From assembly GCA_963772365.1 (NCBI GenBank), contig CAVYXA010000001.1, positions 1,088,001 through 1,152,000 of the forward strand: a stretch of 64,000 nt of DNA, in the 5' to 3' direction. The stretch is from an uncultured Verrucomicrobiae bacterium. GTDB lineage: Bacteria; Verrucomicrobiota; Verrucomicrobiia; Chthoniobacterales; UBA10450. The notes below the pieces were generated by a model that ran no database searches, had not been told where the DNA came from, and was given only the letters and a program-made list of their open reading frames with translations. Shown piece after piece: positions 1 to 9,479 of the stretch; positions within the stretch are counted from its first letter, which is position 1; every line of letters begins with the position of its first letter. A program made the position numbers and the translations under genes.

Positions 1-513
1 GCCTTGGGCGGATTCGTCGCCGGATCCAAGGAGACGCTGCGATACCTCCGCTTCTACGCGCATCCCTATGTTTACTCGTGCGCTTTGCCGGCGGTGGTCG
101 TGGCGGCGATTCTCAAGGCACTCGAAATCGGGACCCGGCAGCCTGAATTGCGAAAGCAACTTTGGGAAAATGCCGATTACTTCCACTCGCAACTTCGCCG
201 CCTTGGCATCGATGCCGGACAATCGACAACGTATATCATGCCGATTGTGATCGGTGATCGGGAACGGATGTACCGGTTGGGCCACGAATTGCGACGGCGC
301 GGTCTTTGGGTCGCCCCAGTGGATTACCCTGCGGTGCCGGAAAGTAGAATTTGTTTCCGCGCGTGCGTCACGGCCAAACATACTCGCGCTGATCTCGACG
401 AAGCGCTTAACATCCTTGCGGACACGCTCAAGGGCGCAGAATCGAAGGTCAAAGCGGCGGCATTCAGGTTGCGCTGCAAAATGAGTGAGTTGGCGGTCAG
501 AATGGGTTCGTGA
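1..513 (+). CDS. PLP-dependent alpha-oxoamine synthase (serine palmitoyltransferase/BioF family), C-terminal part; 5' end outside window
   Basis: GGFVAGS..LRF.AHPYVYSCALP, PIVIGD and V.YPAVP....FR..VTAKHT..D motifs of class II aminotransferases; adjacent to a GNAT ceramide-synthase-like gene. Confidence 0.85.
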   Translation, partial: ALGGFVAGSKETLRYLRFYAHPYVYSCALPAVVVAAILKALEIGTRQPELRKQLWENADYFHSQLRRLGIDAGQSTTYIMPIVIGDRERMYRLGHELRRRGLWVAPVDYPAVPESRICFRACVTAKHTRADLDEALNILADTLKGAESKVKAAAFRLRCKMSELAVRMGS

Positions 514-539
514 TGGCTGCGCAGATCGCGCGATGAATC

Positions 540-1730
540 GTGGCGTCCGTCCAAGTCTCAAAAGTTCAATCACGCCGGGAACGTGAGGCATTCATCAAAT
601 TTCCATGGCGAATCTACGCAAATGATCCGGCTTGGGTGCCGCCGTTAATCATCGAGCGTCGGGCATTTCTCGATCGAAAAAAACATCCGTTTTATCGGCA
701 CGGAGACGCGGCGTTGTTTCTGGCGCGCCGCAACGGAGAGATCGTTGGCCGGATCATGGCCAGCGACGATCCCAATTATAATGCGCAACATCAATCGAAC
801 GTCGGCTGCTTCGGTCTCTTCGATTGTGTTAACGATGTCGAGGTGGCGAAAGCGTTATTTCGCGCGGCGGAGAGTTGGTTGCACGCGAAAGGGCGCAATG
901 AAATTCTTGGCCCGATCGATTACTCGACTAACTACGTCTGCGGTTTGTTGATTGCCGGTTTTGAACATCCCCCTACGGTGCTGACGGCGCACAATCCTCC
1001 ATATTATGCGGCTTTGATCGAGCAGTGCGGTTTTCAAAAAGAAAAGGACTGGTACGCCTGGTGGTTTTCAGAACGGGCACGGCCTCACGAACGGCTTCGA
1101 AAAATCGTGGACGCGCGCGCGGCGAAGCACCACATCACTATTCGTCGGATCAACCTCAAACGAATGGCCGAGGAAAGCCAACGGATTCGCGCAGTTTACA
1201 ATCAAGCATGGCGGGACAACTGGGGCTTCGTGCCATTCACGGAAGCAGAATCTGAATACATGGCGAAAGAGATGAAGCCGTTAATCGTGCCGGAAGGAAC
1301 GTTGATCGCCGAAATCGACGATATTCCGATCGGATTCGTGATTACTGTGCCCGACATCAACGTTGCCCTTCGCCGCCTCAACGGGCGATTGACCTGGTGG
1401 GGCTTGCCGATTGGCCTGGCCAAGCTCTTGTATTATCGGGTCAACTATCGAACGAGAATCCGCACGTGCCGGATGGTCGCGCTGGGGGTATTAGAAAAAT
1501 ATCGTCGTGCTGGTGTGGGTGAAGCGTTGGTCTTGCGAGAACTTGAGGAAGGAATGCAGGTCGGTGAAACAAGCATGACGCTGGAAGATAACTTTATGGT
1601 CAATCGCTTCATCGAAGCGGTGGGTGCGACAAAGTATAAGACCTATCGGATTTACCGACGCGGCCTGACCGAATGTCCATGTTACCGCACCGGCTTCCAC
1701 TCTTTCGTAAACGTGCGTCCGGTAAGATGA
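540..1730 (+). CDS. Long GNAT N-acyltransferase (YghO-like / bacterial ceramide synthase-like)
   Basis: FIKFPW.IY..DP.WVPPL, HPFY, GEIVGRI, HNPPYY, W..NWGFVP, LGVLEKYRRAG and LEDN motifs. Confidence 0.8.
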   Translation: MASVQVSKVQSRREREAFIKFPWRIYANDPAWVPPLIIERRAFLDRKKHPFYRHGDAALFLARRNGEIVGRIMASDDPNYNAQHQSNVGCFGLFDCVNDVEVAKALFRAAESWLHAKGRNEILGPIDYSTNYVCGLLIAGFEHPPTVLTAHNPPYYAALIEQCGFQKEKDWYAWWFSERARPHERLRKIVDARAAKHHITIRRINLKRMAEESQRIRAVYNQAWRDNWGFVPFTEAESEYMAKEMKPLIVPEGTLIAEIDDIPIGFVITVPDINVALRRLNGRLTWWGLPIGLAKLLYYRVNYRTRIRTCRMVALGVLEKYRRAGVGEALVLRELEEGMQVGETSMTLEDNFMVNRFIEAVGATKYKTYRIYRRGLTECPCYRTGFHSFVNVRPVR

Positions 1731-2407
1731 AACCAAATTGTATTGCCGAAGAAATCGAAGATCAGACGCGGCCAACCCAGCCTGTGGGCGCGTCTTCCGG
1801 AATGAAAAATCGTCAACGCCGGATCGCAATAAGTGCGTCCGATTTTTGCCAGGCGCGTAAAAAGATCTCGATCTTCACATGTAACGAGATCTTCGCGGTA
1901 ACCGCCGATTGTGAAAAAAGATTCGCGACGCACCATTTGAAATTCGCCGCCAGCGCTGTCGCCTTGATGCAAAAAATTGTTCCGCCAACGGACCACGCGG
2001 TTCATGATCGCAAGCATGATTTTGTCGATCCAAGTTTCGCTGTCGGGATAAACGCGAAGATATCCGGTGAGCCCGACGAGTTTGGGATTGTTTTCGAAAT
2101 GGGCGATCGCGATGGAAAAGAAATGTTCCGGCTCCGGCACGATGCTATCGGCATCGAGAAAAACGAGCCATTCGCATGTTGCCGCGCGCGCTCCTTCATT
2201 TCTTCCCTGAGCAATCGTTTGTCGCGTAGCTGCGGAAGGAACGATAACTTGATCGGCCAGCGGACGGGCCAAATCGACAGTGCCGTCGTTGCTTCCGCCA
2301 TCCGAGACGATGATTTCGTGCGGCAACTTCAGGTTCGAACGCAAACGCGAGAGCGTCCCGGCGATCAGCTTCGCTTCGTCCAACGTTGGGATTATGATTG
2401 AAACCAC
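1682..2407 (-). CDS. Glycosyltransferase family 2
   Basis: VSIIIPTLDE, DGGSNDGT, GRNEGA, FLDADS, GGY and CED motifs. Confidence 0.9.
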   Translation of the reverse strand: MVSIIIPTLDEAKLIAGTLSRLRSNLKLPHEIIVSDGGSNDGTVDLARPLADQVIVPSAATRQTIAQGRNEGARAATCEWLVFLDADSIVPEPEHFFSIAIAHFENNPKLVGLTGYLRVYPDSETWIDKIMLAIMNRVVRWRNNFLHQGDSAGGEFQMVRRESFFTIGGYREDLVTCEDRDLFTRLAKIGRTYCDPALTIFHSGRRAHRLGWPRLIFDFFGNTIWFHLTGRTFTKEWKPVR

Positions 2408-2459
2408 GGCAAATTTACTTCTGGCAAAATCATCGCACGTCGTGAATTCGAATTATCGA

Positions 2460-3695
2460 GTGCTTAGCAACATTGTGCTCTTGGTCGATGAGTCGGCAAT
2501 GTGGAAAGTCGGCGGTTTGCCGCAAATCGAGCGGATTCTTCTAATGCTGAACGATTACGCCGCGCGCCAGCGTCAATCCGAACCATTGCGCGTCAAAATG
2601 TATGATTTTGGCGGAGCTGACCGCCGAATGATGCTGCCGGATCGACAATTGCCGTACGTGACTTTCGTCGAGCGCTTCGAGTCGGACCAGCCGGTGATGA
2701 TGATAAGCACGCGCCTCATTGTCGATGATGACGCTTTTAATGATGAAACACTTCCCGCGGTTGTTCTGAATTGGAACGAGTCGACGATCGAAAAGTTAAT
2801 CGAACGCTTCCGTTCCGTGGAGCGGGCGGCGTGCTCGCAAACTGAATCACAAGATCGACATTGGAAATGCCTCAACGATGCAAATGAGATTTCGGCTTGT
2901 GAAAAATGGCTGCTGCGCCGAACCCAGAAATCGCAGGATGGTTTTATCGCACGTTTTATCAATCGCCCGGCTTCCCGGTTCGTTAGCCGATATCTTCTTC
3001 GACTGCCGCTAAATCCCAACCAACTCACCCTGCTTCTCACAGCAATTCCCGTCGCGGGTGCAATCTTTAATATTCGGGGCACCTACCTCGGATTCGCTAT
3101 CGGCGCGATTCTATTCCAGTTGCACAGCATGCTTGATGGCTGCGATGGCGAGATCGCGCGAGTGAAATATCTCCAATCAGAACGCGGCCGGAAACTCGAT
3201 GAAATTTGCGACCGCTTTTCCAGTCTGCTCTACGCCCTGTCGCTTGGCATCGGTTTGTCGCACCAACCGCCTGTGAGCGATCTGCTGCGCTGGATCTATC
3301 CGCTGGAAGGAATTGTGGCGGCGCTGTTGATCGGTGTGGCCGAAACGTGGCTAACCAAAGACCCGATGGAGGAGCACTTGGAAATCGAGCCCGGAGGCGA
3401 TTTTTATCGCAGCTATGTCCAGCGAAAGCGGGCGAGTTTTAACGAAGGCGATCATGCGAAGCTCTGGGTCATTAAGAACTCGCGCATCTTATTCCTGGGA
3501 GAAAATTTCGCTGCCTTCTTTTCGCAACTGACCAAGCGCGACGTTTTCAATTTTGGTTTCATGGTTCTGGCTCTTTGCGGCCGGCCGTCGTGGATTTTGC
3601 ATATCTTCGCAATCAGTGCCGGAATGATCGGTCTGGCGGCGTTGAAAAATCTGCTGAGCCCGGTCGTTTCCGCTAATCAGGCTCGCGTTCCGTGA
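2460..3695 (+). CDS. CDP-alcohol phosphotransferase (DIPPS-like) with degenerate N-terminal domain
   Basis: KSQDGFIARFINRPAS and LDGCDGEIAR..GRKLDEICD motifs; GTG start at 2460 chosen to avoid overlap with the GT2 gene. Confidence 0.85.
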   Translation: MLSNIVLLVDESAMWKVGGLPQIERILLMLNDYAARQRQSEPLRVKMYDFGGADRRMMLPDRQLPYVTFVERFESDQPVMMISTRLIVDDDAFNDETLPAVVLNWNESTIEKLIERFRSVERAACSQTESQDRHWKCLNDANEISACEKWLLRRTQKSQDGFIARFINRPASRFVSRYLLRLPLNPNQLTLLLTAIPVAGAIFNIRGTYLGFAIGAILFQLHSMLDGCDGEIARVKYLQSERGRKLDEICDRFSSLLYALSLGIGLSHQPPVSDLLRWIYPLEGIVAALLIGVAETWLTKDPMEEHLEIEPGGDFYRSYVQRKRASFNEGDHAKLWVIKNSRILFLGENFAAFFSQLTKRDVFNFGFMVLALCGRPSWILHIFAISAGMIGLAALKNLLSPVVSANQARVP

Positions 3696-4900
3696 CGCAA
3701 AATCCTCTTCCGCTCAATCGCGTTTTGATCCTGGCCGATCGTTCCGCGCTCTGGCGCGTCGCGGGGCTTTCTCAACTTGAGCGGCTGATTCTGGCGCTCA
3801 ATGAATTTGCCGGATCGAACGAAGCAACGCTGAAGATCGACATCGCCGTTTTTTGGGAACCGGGGGTGAACCTGAGCGAGGATTTGTTGCCGGAGCGTTC
3901 CCGACTTCCACACATCGGATCGATTGCGTCGACAACAGTGATCGAATCCGGGATGCATGTTCTTAGCACCAGATTGTTTGTCGAACGCGGAGCTATGTTG
4001 CGATTTCTGGAAGAGGCGCAGCCGGTCATTTCCGAACATTGCGCTGTCGATCTTGAGAGTTGGAAAACATTATTCGCTCGATTCGAGCAAAGCTGTCGTC
4101 ATAACAAACCACGCGGGAATGGCTGGCAATTTTTGGAAAACCAAGACGAGATTGGCGATGTAGAGCGTCAATTTCTCAGCCGTGCCGGCAAATCGCAGGA
4201 TGGATTGGTTTCCCGATTTCTTAATCGACCCATTTCGCGCCGATTGACTCGCTTGCTCCTGAAGTTCCCGATCACGCCGACCGGTTGGACGCTATCAATT
4301 TTCGTGCTGCCTGTGATCACATTCATTTTTTTAGTCACTGGCACATACCTGGGCATTCTTATCGCCACGATCATTTATCAGATCTACAGTGTGGTCGATG
4401 GCTGCGACGGCGAAATCGCGCGGGCCAAATATCTGGAATCGAAACGCGGCGGCCGGATCGACGATCTTTGCGATGTAATCGGCGGACTGCTATTCGTCAT
4501 TGGACTGGGGGTGGGACTTTCCCGTGCATCGGCCACGTGGGTTTATGCGACCGAAGGAATTCTCTGCGCGCTTTTGATCGCGACGAACGAATTTTTGCTA
4601 CGCAAAACAATGCTGGAACCGACATTGAAATCGCGTGAGCTGAACGTGGCGATGTATCCTCGACATCGGCAGTTAGTCGAACATTCCGCGCTGGGATTTT
4701 TCGGCGATAAGTTTGCCTGGGGTCTGGTTCAGATTACAAAACGCGATGTAGGAATCCTGTTTTTCGTCTTGTTAGCCGCAGCCGGTCTTTCGCAGTGGAT
4801 CCTTCATTTATGGGCTGGCGTGACGCTTATCACGCTGTTGCTCAACGTCACGGCCAAATCAAACGTTCGCGCCGATCCTGTTTGCCGCGCGCAATCTTAA
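3692..4900 (+). CDS. CDP-alcohol phosphotransferase (DIPPS-like), paralogue 2
   Basis: KSQDGLVSRFLNRPIS and VDGCDGEIAR..GGRIDDLCD; GTGA overlap with the upstream paralogue. Confidence 0.88.
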   Translation: MTQNPLPLNRVLILADRSALWRVAGLSQLERLILALNEFAGSNEATLKIDIAVFWEPGVNLSEDLLPERSRLPHIGSIASTTVIESGMHVLSTRLFVERGAMLRFLEEAQPVISEHCAVDLESWKTLFARFEQSCRHNKPRGNGWQFLENQDEIGDVERQFLSRAGKSQDGLVSRFLNRPISRRLTRLLLKFPITPTGWTLSIFVLPVITFIFLVTGTYLGILIATIIYQIYSVVDGCDGEIARAKYLESKRGGRIDDLCDVIGGLLFVIGLGVGLSRASATWVYATEGILCALLIATNEFLLRKTMLEPTLKSRELNVAMYPRHRQLVEHSALGFFGDKFAWGLVQITKRDVGILFFVLLAAAGLSQWILHLWAGVTLITLLLNVTAKSNVRADPVCRAQS

Positions 4901-5605
4901 CTGTTCCTCCGCCGCGGCGAGCATCTCCGCGTTATCGATGTCCTGCCACCAGGCATCGCCGATGTCGATCATGCGCACTTGTTTGTCCTCCGCCATAAGC
5001 CGCACACCATCAGCGAGGCCGCAATCGCCGTCGTGTTTCGCACGCTCCAGATAATCGAAAATCGTTTGCGGGCAGATGAAAATGCCGGTGTCGATCGCGT
5101 CGTAATTGCTGAGATGTTTGCCGATCGCTATCATGTCGTCGGCACGCGTTTGAATTTTCATCGCGTCATTGATATCGACAATCGATTCGAGTTTCCTATC
5201 GATCGCGATATTCAACCGAGCCGGATCGGACTGTTCCAACAGCACTTCGACAATTTTTCTGTCGAAGAGATGGTCCGTCATTGTTAACAGGAAGGGCGAG
5301 GCGACGCGGGTTCGGGCCTGCAACAGCGAGATCCCGTTCTGTTTTGCCCAATCATGATTGTAGATAAAATGGGCCGAGATGCTGCGCGGGATTAGCGATT
5401 TCAACTGAGGCACCAGCGTTTCATTTCGATATCCGACGATCACATGTGCAGTCGTGATCCCTGCTCGCTCAAGCGTTTCAAAAATATAGGAGGCAAGGGG
5501 TCGCCCCAAAACCGGGATCAGCGGTTTCAGCACATCATCGCGGACACTTTTGAAGCGCGAGCCCATTCCCGCCATCAAAATCACCGCGTCGGCGACGGTG
5601 CTCAT
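4859..5605 (-). CDS. NTP transferase / cytidylyltransferase (IPCT/LicC-like)
   Basis: AVILMAGMGSRF, KPL, NGISLL, MTDH, IGK.L..Y.AIDTGIF and WQDID motifs; ATGA overlap with the SDR gene. Confidence 0.88.
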   Translation of the reverse strand: MSTVADAVILMAGMGSRFKSVRDDVLKPLIPVLGRPLASYIFETLERAGITTAHVIVGYRNETLVPQLKSLIPRSISAHFIYNHDWAKQNGISLLQARTRVASPFLLTMTDHLFDRKIVEVLLEQSDPARLNIAIDRKLESIVDINDAMKIQTRADDMIAIGKHLSNYDAIDTGIFICPQTIFDYLERAKHDGDCGLADGVRLMAEDKQVRMIDIGDAWWQDIDNAEMLAAAEEQLRLRAANRIGANV

Positions 5606-6405
5606 ATTCGATAATAGTTTTTCAAGCCCCAAATTCTGACACGCTGCGGGAGAAACCGGAAAATCACAGGTGCCACTTTAGCCTGGAACACACCGCCGAC
5701 AGTAACACGCGGCGGAAGATCGACACCGTCAATTAATTTGAGAATCTGTTCCGCGACCAAATCCGCCGGTGGCGCTTCGCGCATGTTCCGTTCTACTGCC
5801 TTCCATGTTTTGGCAAGAGCTTCGTCATACCGGAAGTCACCTGCTGCGCTTTTGACGACCGCGTCATTAAAATCGGTGCGAATATCCGCCGGTTGAAGAT
5901 CGACAATCGAAATGTTCTCGTCGCCCGATTCAAGTTGCATGGTCATGATGAACGAAGCCATGGCGGCCTTTGCAGCGTTGTAAGCAGCCATAAACGGCAC
6001 CGGTAATCGCGCGGCCAGCGAACTCACGTTAATAATTGTTCCTCCGTTCCGTCTTCGCATCGCGCCCAGCGTCAGTTGCAGCAACTTCACCTGCGAATGA
6101 AACAGGATTTGAAATTGATCGGCAATTGTCTCCGACGACAGCGATTCAGCCGGCCCGAAATGTCCAGAGCCGGCGTTGTTGATGACGACATCGAACCCAT
6201 TCGCCTCGTTCCATGCCCGATCGAAAATCGACTCCAGGCTTTGGAAATCCCGCAGATCGAGTTGGACAGGATGAAACTGCGGAATGTCCGGTAATCGGCC
6301 CAGGTCACGGGATGTTCCCCAGACCTCGTGGCCGGCAGCAGTCAGTTCTCTCGTAATCGCACGACCGATGCCGGCACTGGCGCCCGTGAGAAAAATCCGC
6401 TTCAT
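5602..6405 (-). CDS. Short-chain dehydrogenase/reductase
   Basis: TGASAGIG, NNAG and YNAAK motifs. Confidence 0.92.
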   Translation of the reverse strand: MKRIFLTGASAGIGRAITRELTAAGHEVWGTSRDLGRLPDIPQFHPVQLDLRDFQSLESIFDRAWNEANGFDVVINNAGSGHFGPAESLSSETIADQFQILFHSQVKLLQLTLGAMRRRNGGTIINVSSLAARLPVPFMAAYNAAKAAMASFIMTMQLESGDENISIVDLQPADIRTDFNDAVVKSAAGDFRYDEALAKTWKAVERNMREAPPADLVAEQILKLIDGVDLPPRVTVGGVFQAKVAPVIFRFLPQRVRIWGLKNYYRI

Positions 6406-7910
6406 GAGGAATGAATGTTAGCAACCAAATACAAAAAGATGATGTGCCCCTTTAAGTAAATCACCAGGGAACGATCGAATCGTGCTAATGGCACACGATA
6501 CCAATCCTTTGGGAGCGCGAACTTGGGGTCATCTGTGTATACGGCCGCCGCATCTTTGGTTGCTTTCAACACTTGGTCCGTGCTGCTAATTCGAGTCAGC
6601 GAAATCGTCTTGAATTCTGGCGCGTACCAATCGGCATGTTTTTTTGTCTTATTGCTCAAAAGCAGGACGACGCGTCCGCGCGTTTCAGGCGGATACAGCG
6701 TCTGAAGAAAATGCACGAAGCGCAGAGCAGGAGCATCCTCGCCATGATTCGCGATGACCAAAGGAATAGCGGTGTAGAGCAGCAGAGCGACCAATGCTAC
6801 AGAAGCCCATTTCCAAGGCGCAGCCAGCCGATGTAACCCACGCAAGATAACGACCAGCAGCAGTGGAAAAATGACAAGATAATATCGCGTCGTTTCCGGA
6901 AGACAGATGAAGATGATGGCGACGTGAACAATTGCCCACGGAAGATGGAAGCGCCAAAATTGGCCGTCGCTCGCTTCACGATGCCAGGACGCGTAGGCCG
7001 AGACACCAAATAGGACGATCACGGCTCCCGCGGCCAATGCGAGCCAGGAAGCAAGAAAACCGAAACCCAATCCGAACCATCCCAGAAAATGATAACAAAC
7101 GCGGGTGGCCAAATAATGCGGAGTCCAGTTGCCTGCACCGATAAAGACATCCGGTTTATCGTAGCGCCAACTCCACTGCTGGTAGACAAGTTTGGGATAG
7201 ACCAGCCATCCGGATACATCCGGCCTCAGGCGCCATTGGGTGTACCACATTGGGATTAGCCAAAGCAAACTGCCGGCGACCAAAGTGCTCCAAGCGAAGA
7301 TCGACATATACGTTCCCGGACGTCGTTGCCGCAACGCGATCGCGAGAATGATAAACACTACCAGAATGAGTTGCGGCCGAGCACCGGCCGCGGCCGCACC
7401 AAGCAATGCAGTCGCGAACAGGTAGGCGCGGCTCCTGCCTTTGGAAACATAAATGGCAGCCAGGATCTCGGCGCTAAGAAGTCCGGCGGCCAAACTATCG
7501 CTTAGAACCTTTGTCGTGGTCATCCAAACTCCTGGCATGACCGCAAGACATGAGGTTACCCACCAGGCGAGACGCTCGGTGAATTGCGCACGAATAATTA
7601 AGAACCAGGCAGCAATGAACAGCCCGCCGCCGATTGCCGAAACCAGGTGAAGCGATAATTCCGGCGTCGCACCAAATAGGATGACCGCCAGTTTGCCCAG
7701 AGCGATGTAAAGAGGATACCCTGGCGGCTGGGGCTGGTGATTCCACACATCGAAGTGGCGGACTCCCTGCGCAAAATTGACCGAATCGATTTCGTCCAGA
7801 CCCGGCGAACGCGTGATGAAATAAACCGCGGACGCGATCGCAAAAATCAGCGCCGCTTTGACCAAAGTTGTCCGGTTCAAAGTTTTTGAATAGCGCCATT
7901 CATCCGCCAT
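6402..7910 (-). CDS. Multi-pass membrane GT-C-like glycosyltransferase (DUF2723/PMT-like)
   Basis: First-loop DEIDS..F....QPQPPGYPLY motif and about 10-12 hydrophobic segments. Confidence 0.65.
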   Translation of the reverse strand: MADEWRYSKTLNRTTLVKAALIFAIASAVYFITRSPGLDEIDSVNFAQGVRHFDVWNHQPQPPGYPLYIALGKLAVILFGATPELSLHLVSAIGGGLFIAAWFLIIRAQFTERLAWWVTSCLAVMPGVWMTTTKVLSDSLAAGLLSAEILAAIYVSKGRSRAYLFATALLGAAAAGARPQLILVVFIILAIALRQRRPGTYMSIFAWSTLVAGSLLWLIPMWYTQWRLRPDVSGWLVYPKLVYQQWSWRYDKPDVFIGAGNWTPHYLATRVCYHFLGWFGLGFGFLASWLALAAGAVIVLFGVSAYASWHREASDGQFWRFHLPWAIVHVAIIFICLPETTRYYLVIFPLLLVVILRGLHRLAAPWKWASVALVALLLYTAIPLVIANHGEDAPALRFVHFLQTLYPPETRGRVVLLLSNKTKKHADWYAPEFKTISLTRISSTDQVLKATKDAAAVYTDDPKFALPKDWYRVPLARFDRSLVIYLKGHIIFLYLVANIHSS

Positions 7911-7978
7911 GCTCAGGCGTTCGACAAGTCTCGATTGAACTGGCGGCATGCATCGATCCATGCGCTATAATTCCGGTC

Positions 7979-9367
7979 TTGATTTCGAATCTGCGACGTT
8001 GGGCAAGTTTCACATTAAGCCGCGGCGCACCGCGTGATCATCGCGAGCGGCGGCTTCGAGGTGTCTTCCGGGGAACTGCTTCCGGTGTGGTGTGGCGGTT
8101 GACAGTGATCGTGGTCAACGTGGTTTCGATACCACTAACCATTCGGTACCTGGGAACTGAACGCTATGGAGCATGGGTCACCATCACTACCGTTCTTTCG
8201 TTCTTAAACATCACCGATTTCGGGTTGGCTAATAGTCTTACGAACGCGCTGGGCAGAGCCCAAGCTCAAGACGCGCGGGTGGCCGGACAGCGATACGTTT
8301 CGTCTGCGTTCGCAATGTTGTCAGCCGTTGCTCTGCTGATCCTGGCTTGCGGGCTCACACTCGCGGCGTCGATCTCTGGATTCCTGTTTCCGCATCTCCA
8401 ATCAGCCCTGGCTCGAGGAGAGGTCACGCCCGCCATTGCTGCGGCGTTAGCGATATTCGCCTTGAATCAACCGCTCTTGATCAACGCTCGCGTACTGGCT
8501 GCTCACCATGAAACTGTCGTAGCAAATATTTGGAACATCGCCGGAACACTCGGCAGTCTTCTGGCTCTTCTGATCGTGATCTGGTTCCATGGTGGTTTGA
8601 TCTGGTTGGTCTGGGCTAGCTCTGGTTTCGGACTGTTTACCAACTTGATCTGCGCGATCTGGCTCTTCGGACTTCATAAACCGTGGCTGCGGCCACGCTT
8701 CGCAACTATCGATCTCACCTATATGAGAAAGCTTTTTTCGGAAAGCTGGAGGTTCTTCGTCACGGGGGTCGGCTCGTTGGTCAATTGGCAGACCGACATT
8801 ATCGTGATCGCCCATTTTCTCGGGGCCGCTCTAGTCACCCCTTACACGGTCTGCTTCCATTTGTTCACCATCGCCACTGGGTTGCAGACGCTGGTGCAAC
8901 CATCGCTCTGGCCCGCCTACACCGAAGCCTTTGTGCAACACGATCACGATTGGATCCGGCAAACTCTCCGTTCCAATTTCAAGTTTAGTTTCTTTACAAC
9001 AATTGTGATTGTCGGTGTGCTGACGATCTTTGCTGGCGAGATCATCCGGGTTTGGGCCGGTCCGGCCGCAGTCCCGCCTTTTTCGGTAATTGTCTGGATG
9101 GCAATCTGGCGACTAATGCTTTCGACGCTTTCGCCCGGTATCGTTCTCCTAAATGCAACGGGACACCTCAAAGGATTGACCGTTTATGGAACCATCACCG
9201 CAATTCTGAATCTGGCATTGTCGATCCTGCTCGCGCAAATCTATGGTGTCTCCGGGGTTATTGCCGCAACCGCGATTGCCTATACGATTGCCAGTTACAT
9301 TCCAGTATTTCTCGAGGTTCGCGCGGTTGTGCACCGATTTCCCCGCGAAGTTCCAAGGGCTGGTTGA
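7979..9367 (+). CDS. Oligosaccharide flippase (Wzx/MOP family)
   Basis: RYLGTERYGAW, DFGL, W..D..VI..FLG and WAG motifs; about 12 TM segments; start uncertain. Confidence 0.85.
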   Translation: MISNLRRWASFTLSRGAPRDHRERRLRGVFRGTASGVVWRLTVIVVNVVSIPLTIRYLGTERYGAWVTITTVLSFLNITDFGLANSLTNALGRAQAQDARVAGQRYVSSAFAMLSAVALLILACGLTLAASISGFLFPHLQSALARGEVTPAIAAALAIFALNQPLLINARVLAAHHETVVANIWNIAGTLGSLLALLIVIWFHGGLIWLVWASSGFGLFTNLICAIWLFGLHKPWLRPRFATIDLTYMRKLFSESWRFFVTGVGSLVNWQTDIIVIAHFLGAALVTPYTVCFHLFTIATGLQTLVQPSLWPAYTEAFVQHDHDWIRQTLRSNFKFSFFTTIVIVGVLTIFAGEIIRVWAGPAAVPPFSVIVWMAIWRLMLSTLSPGIVLLNATGHLKGLTVYGTITAILNLALSILLAQIYGVSGVIAATAIAYTIASYIPVFLEVRAVVHRFPREVPRAG

Positions 9368-9479
9368 AAAATGGTTGGTATCTCGCATTTGCCGAACACC
9401 AATCACATCAAATCATCTTTGGTGGGTGTCCTCGACGCCCGGCAGGCGCGTTGGAGCGAGAGCAAGGTTGAAGCATAAA

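Noticed and set aside
1673..2401. 242-aa plus-strand ORF
   Set aside because: Antisense to a clear GT2 gene and has no recognisable motifs
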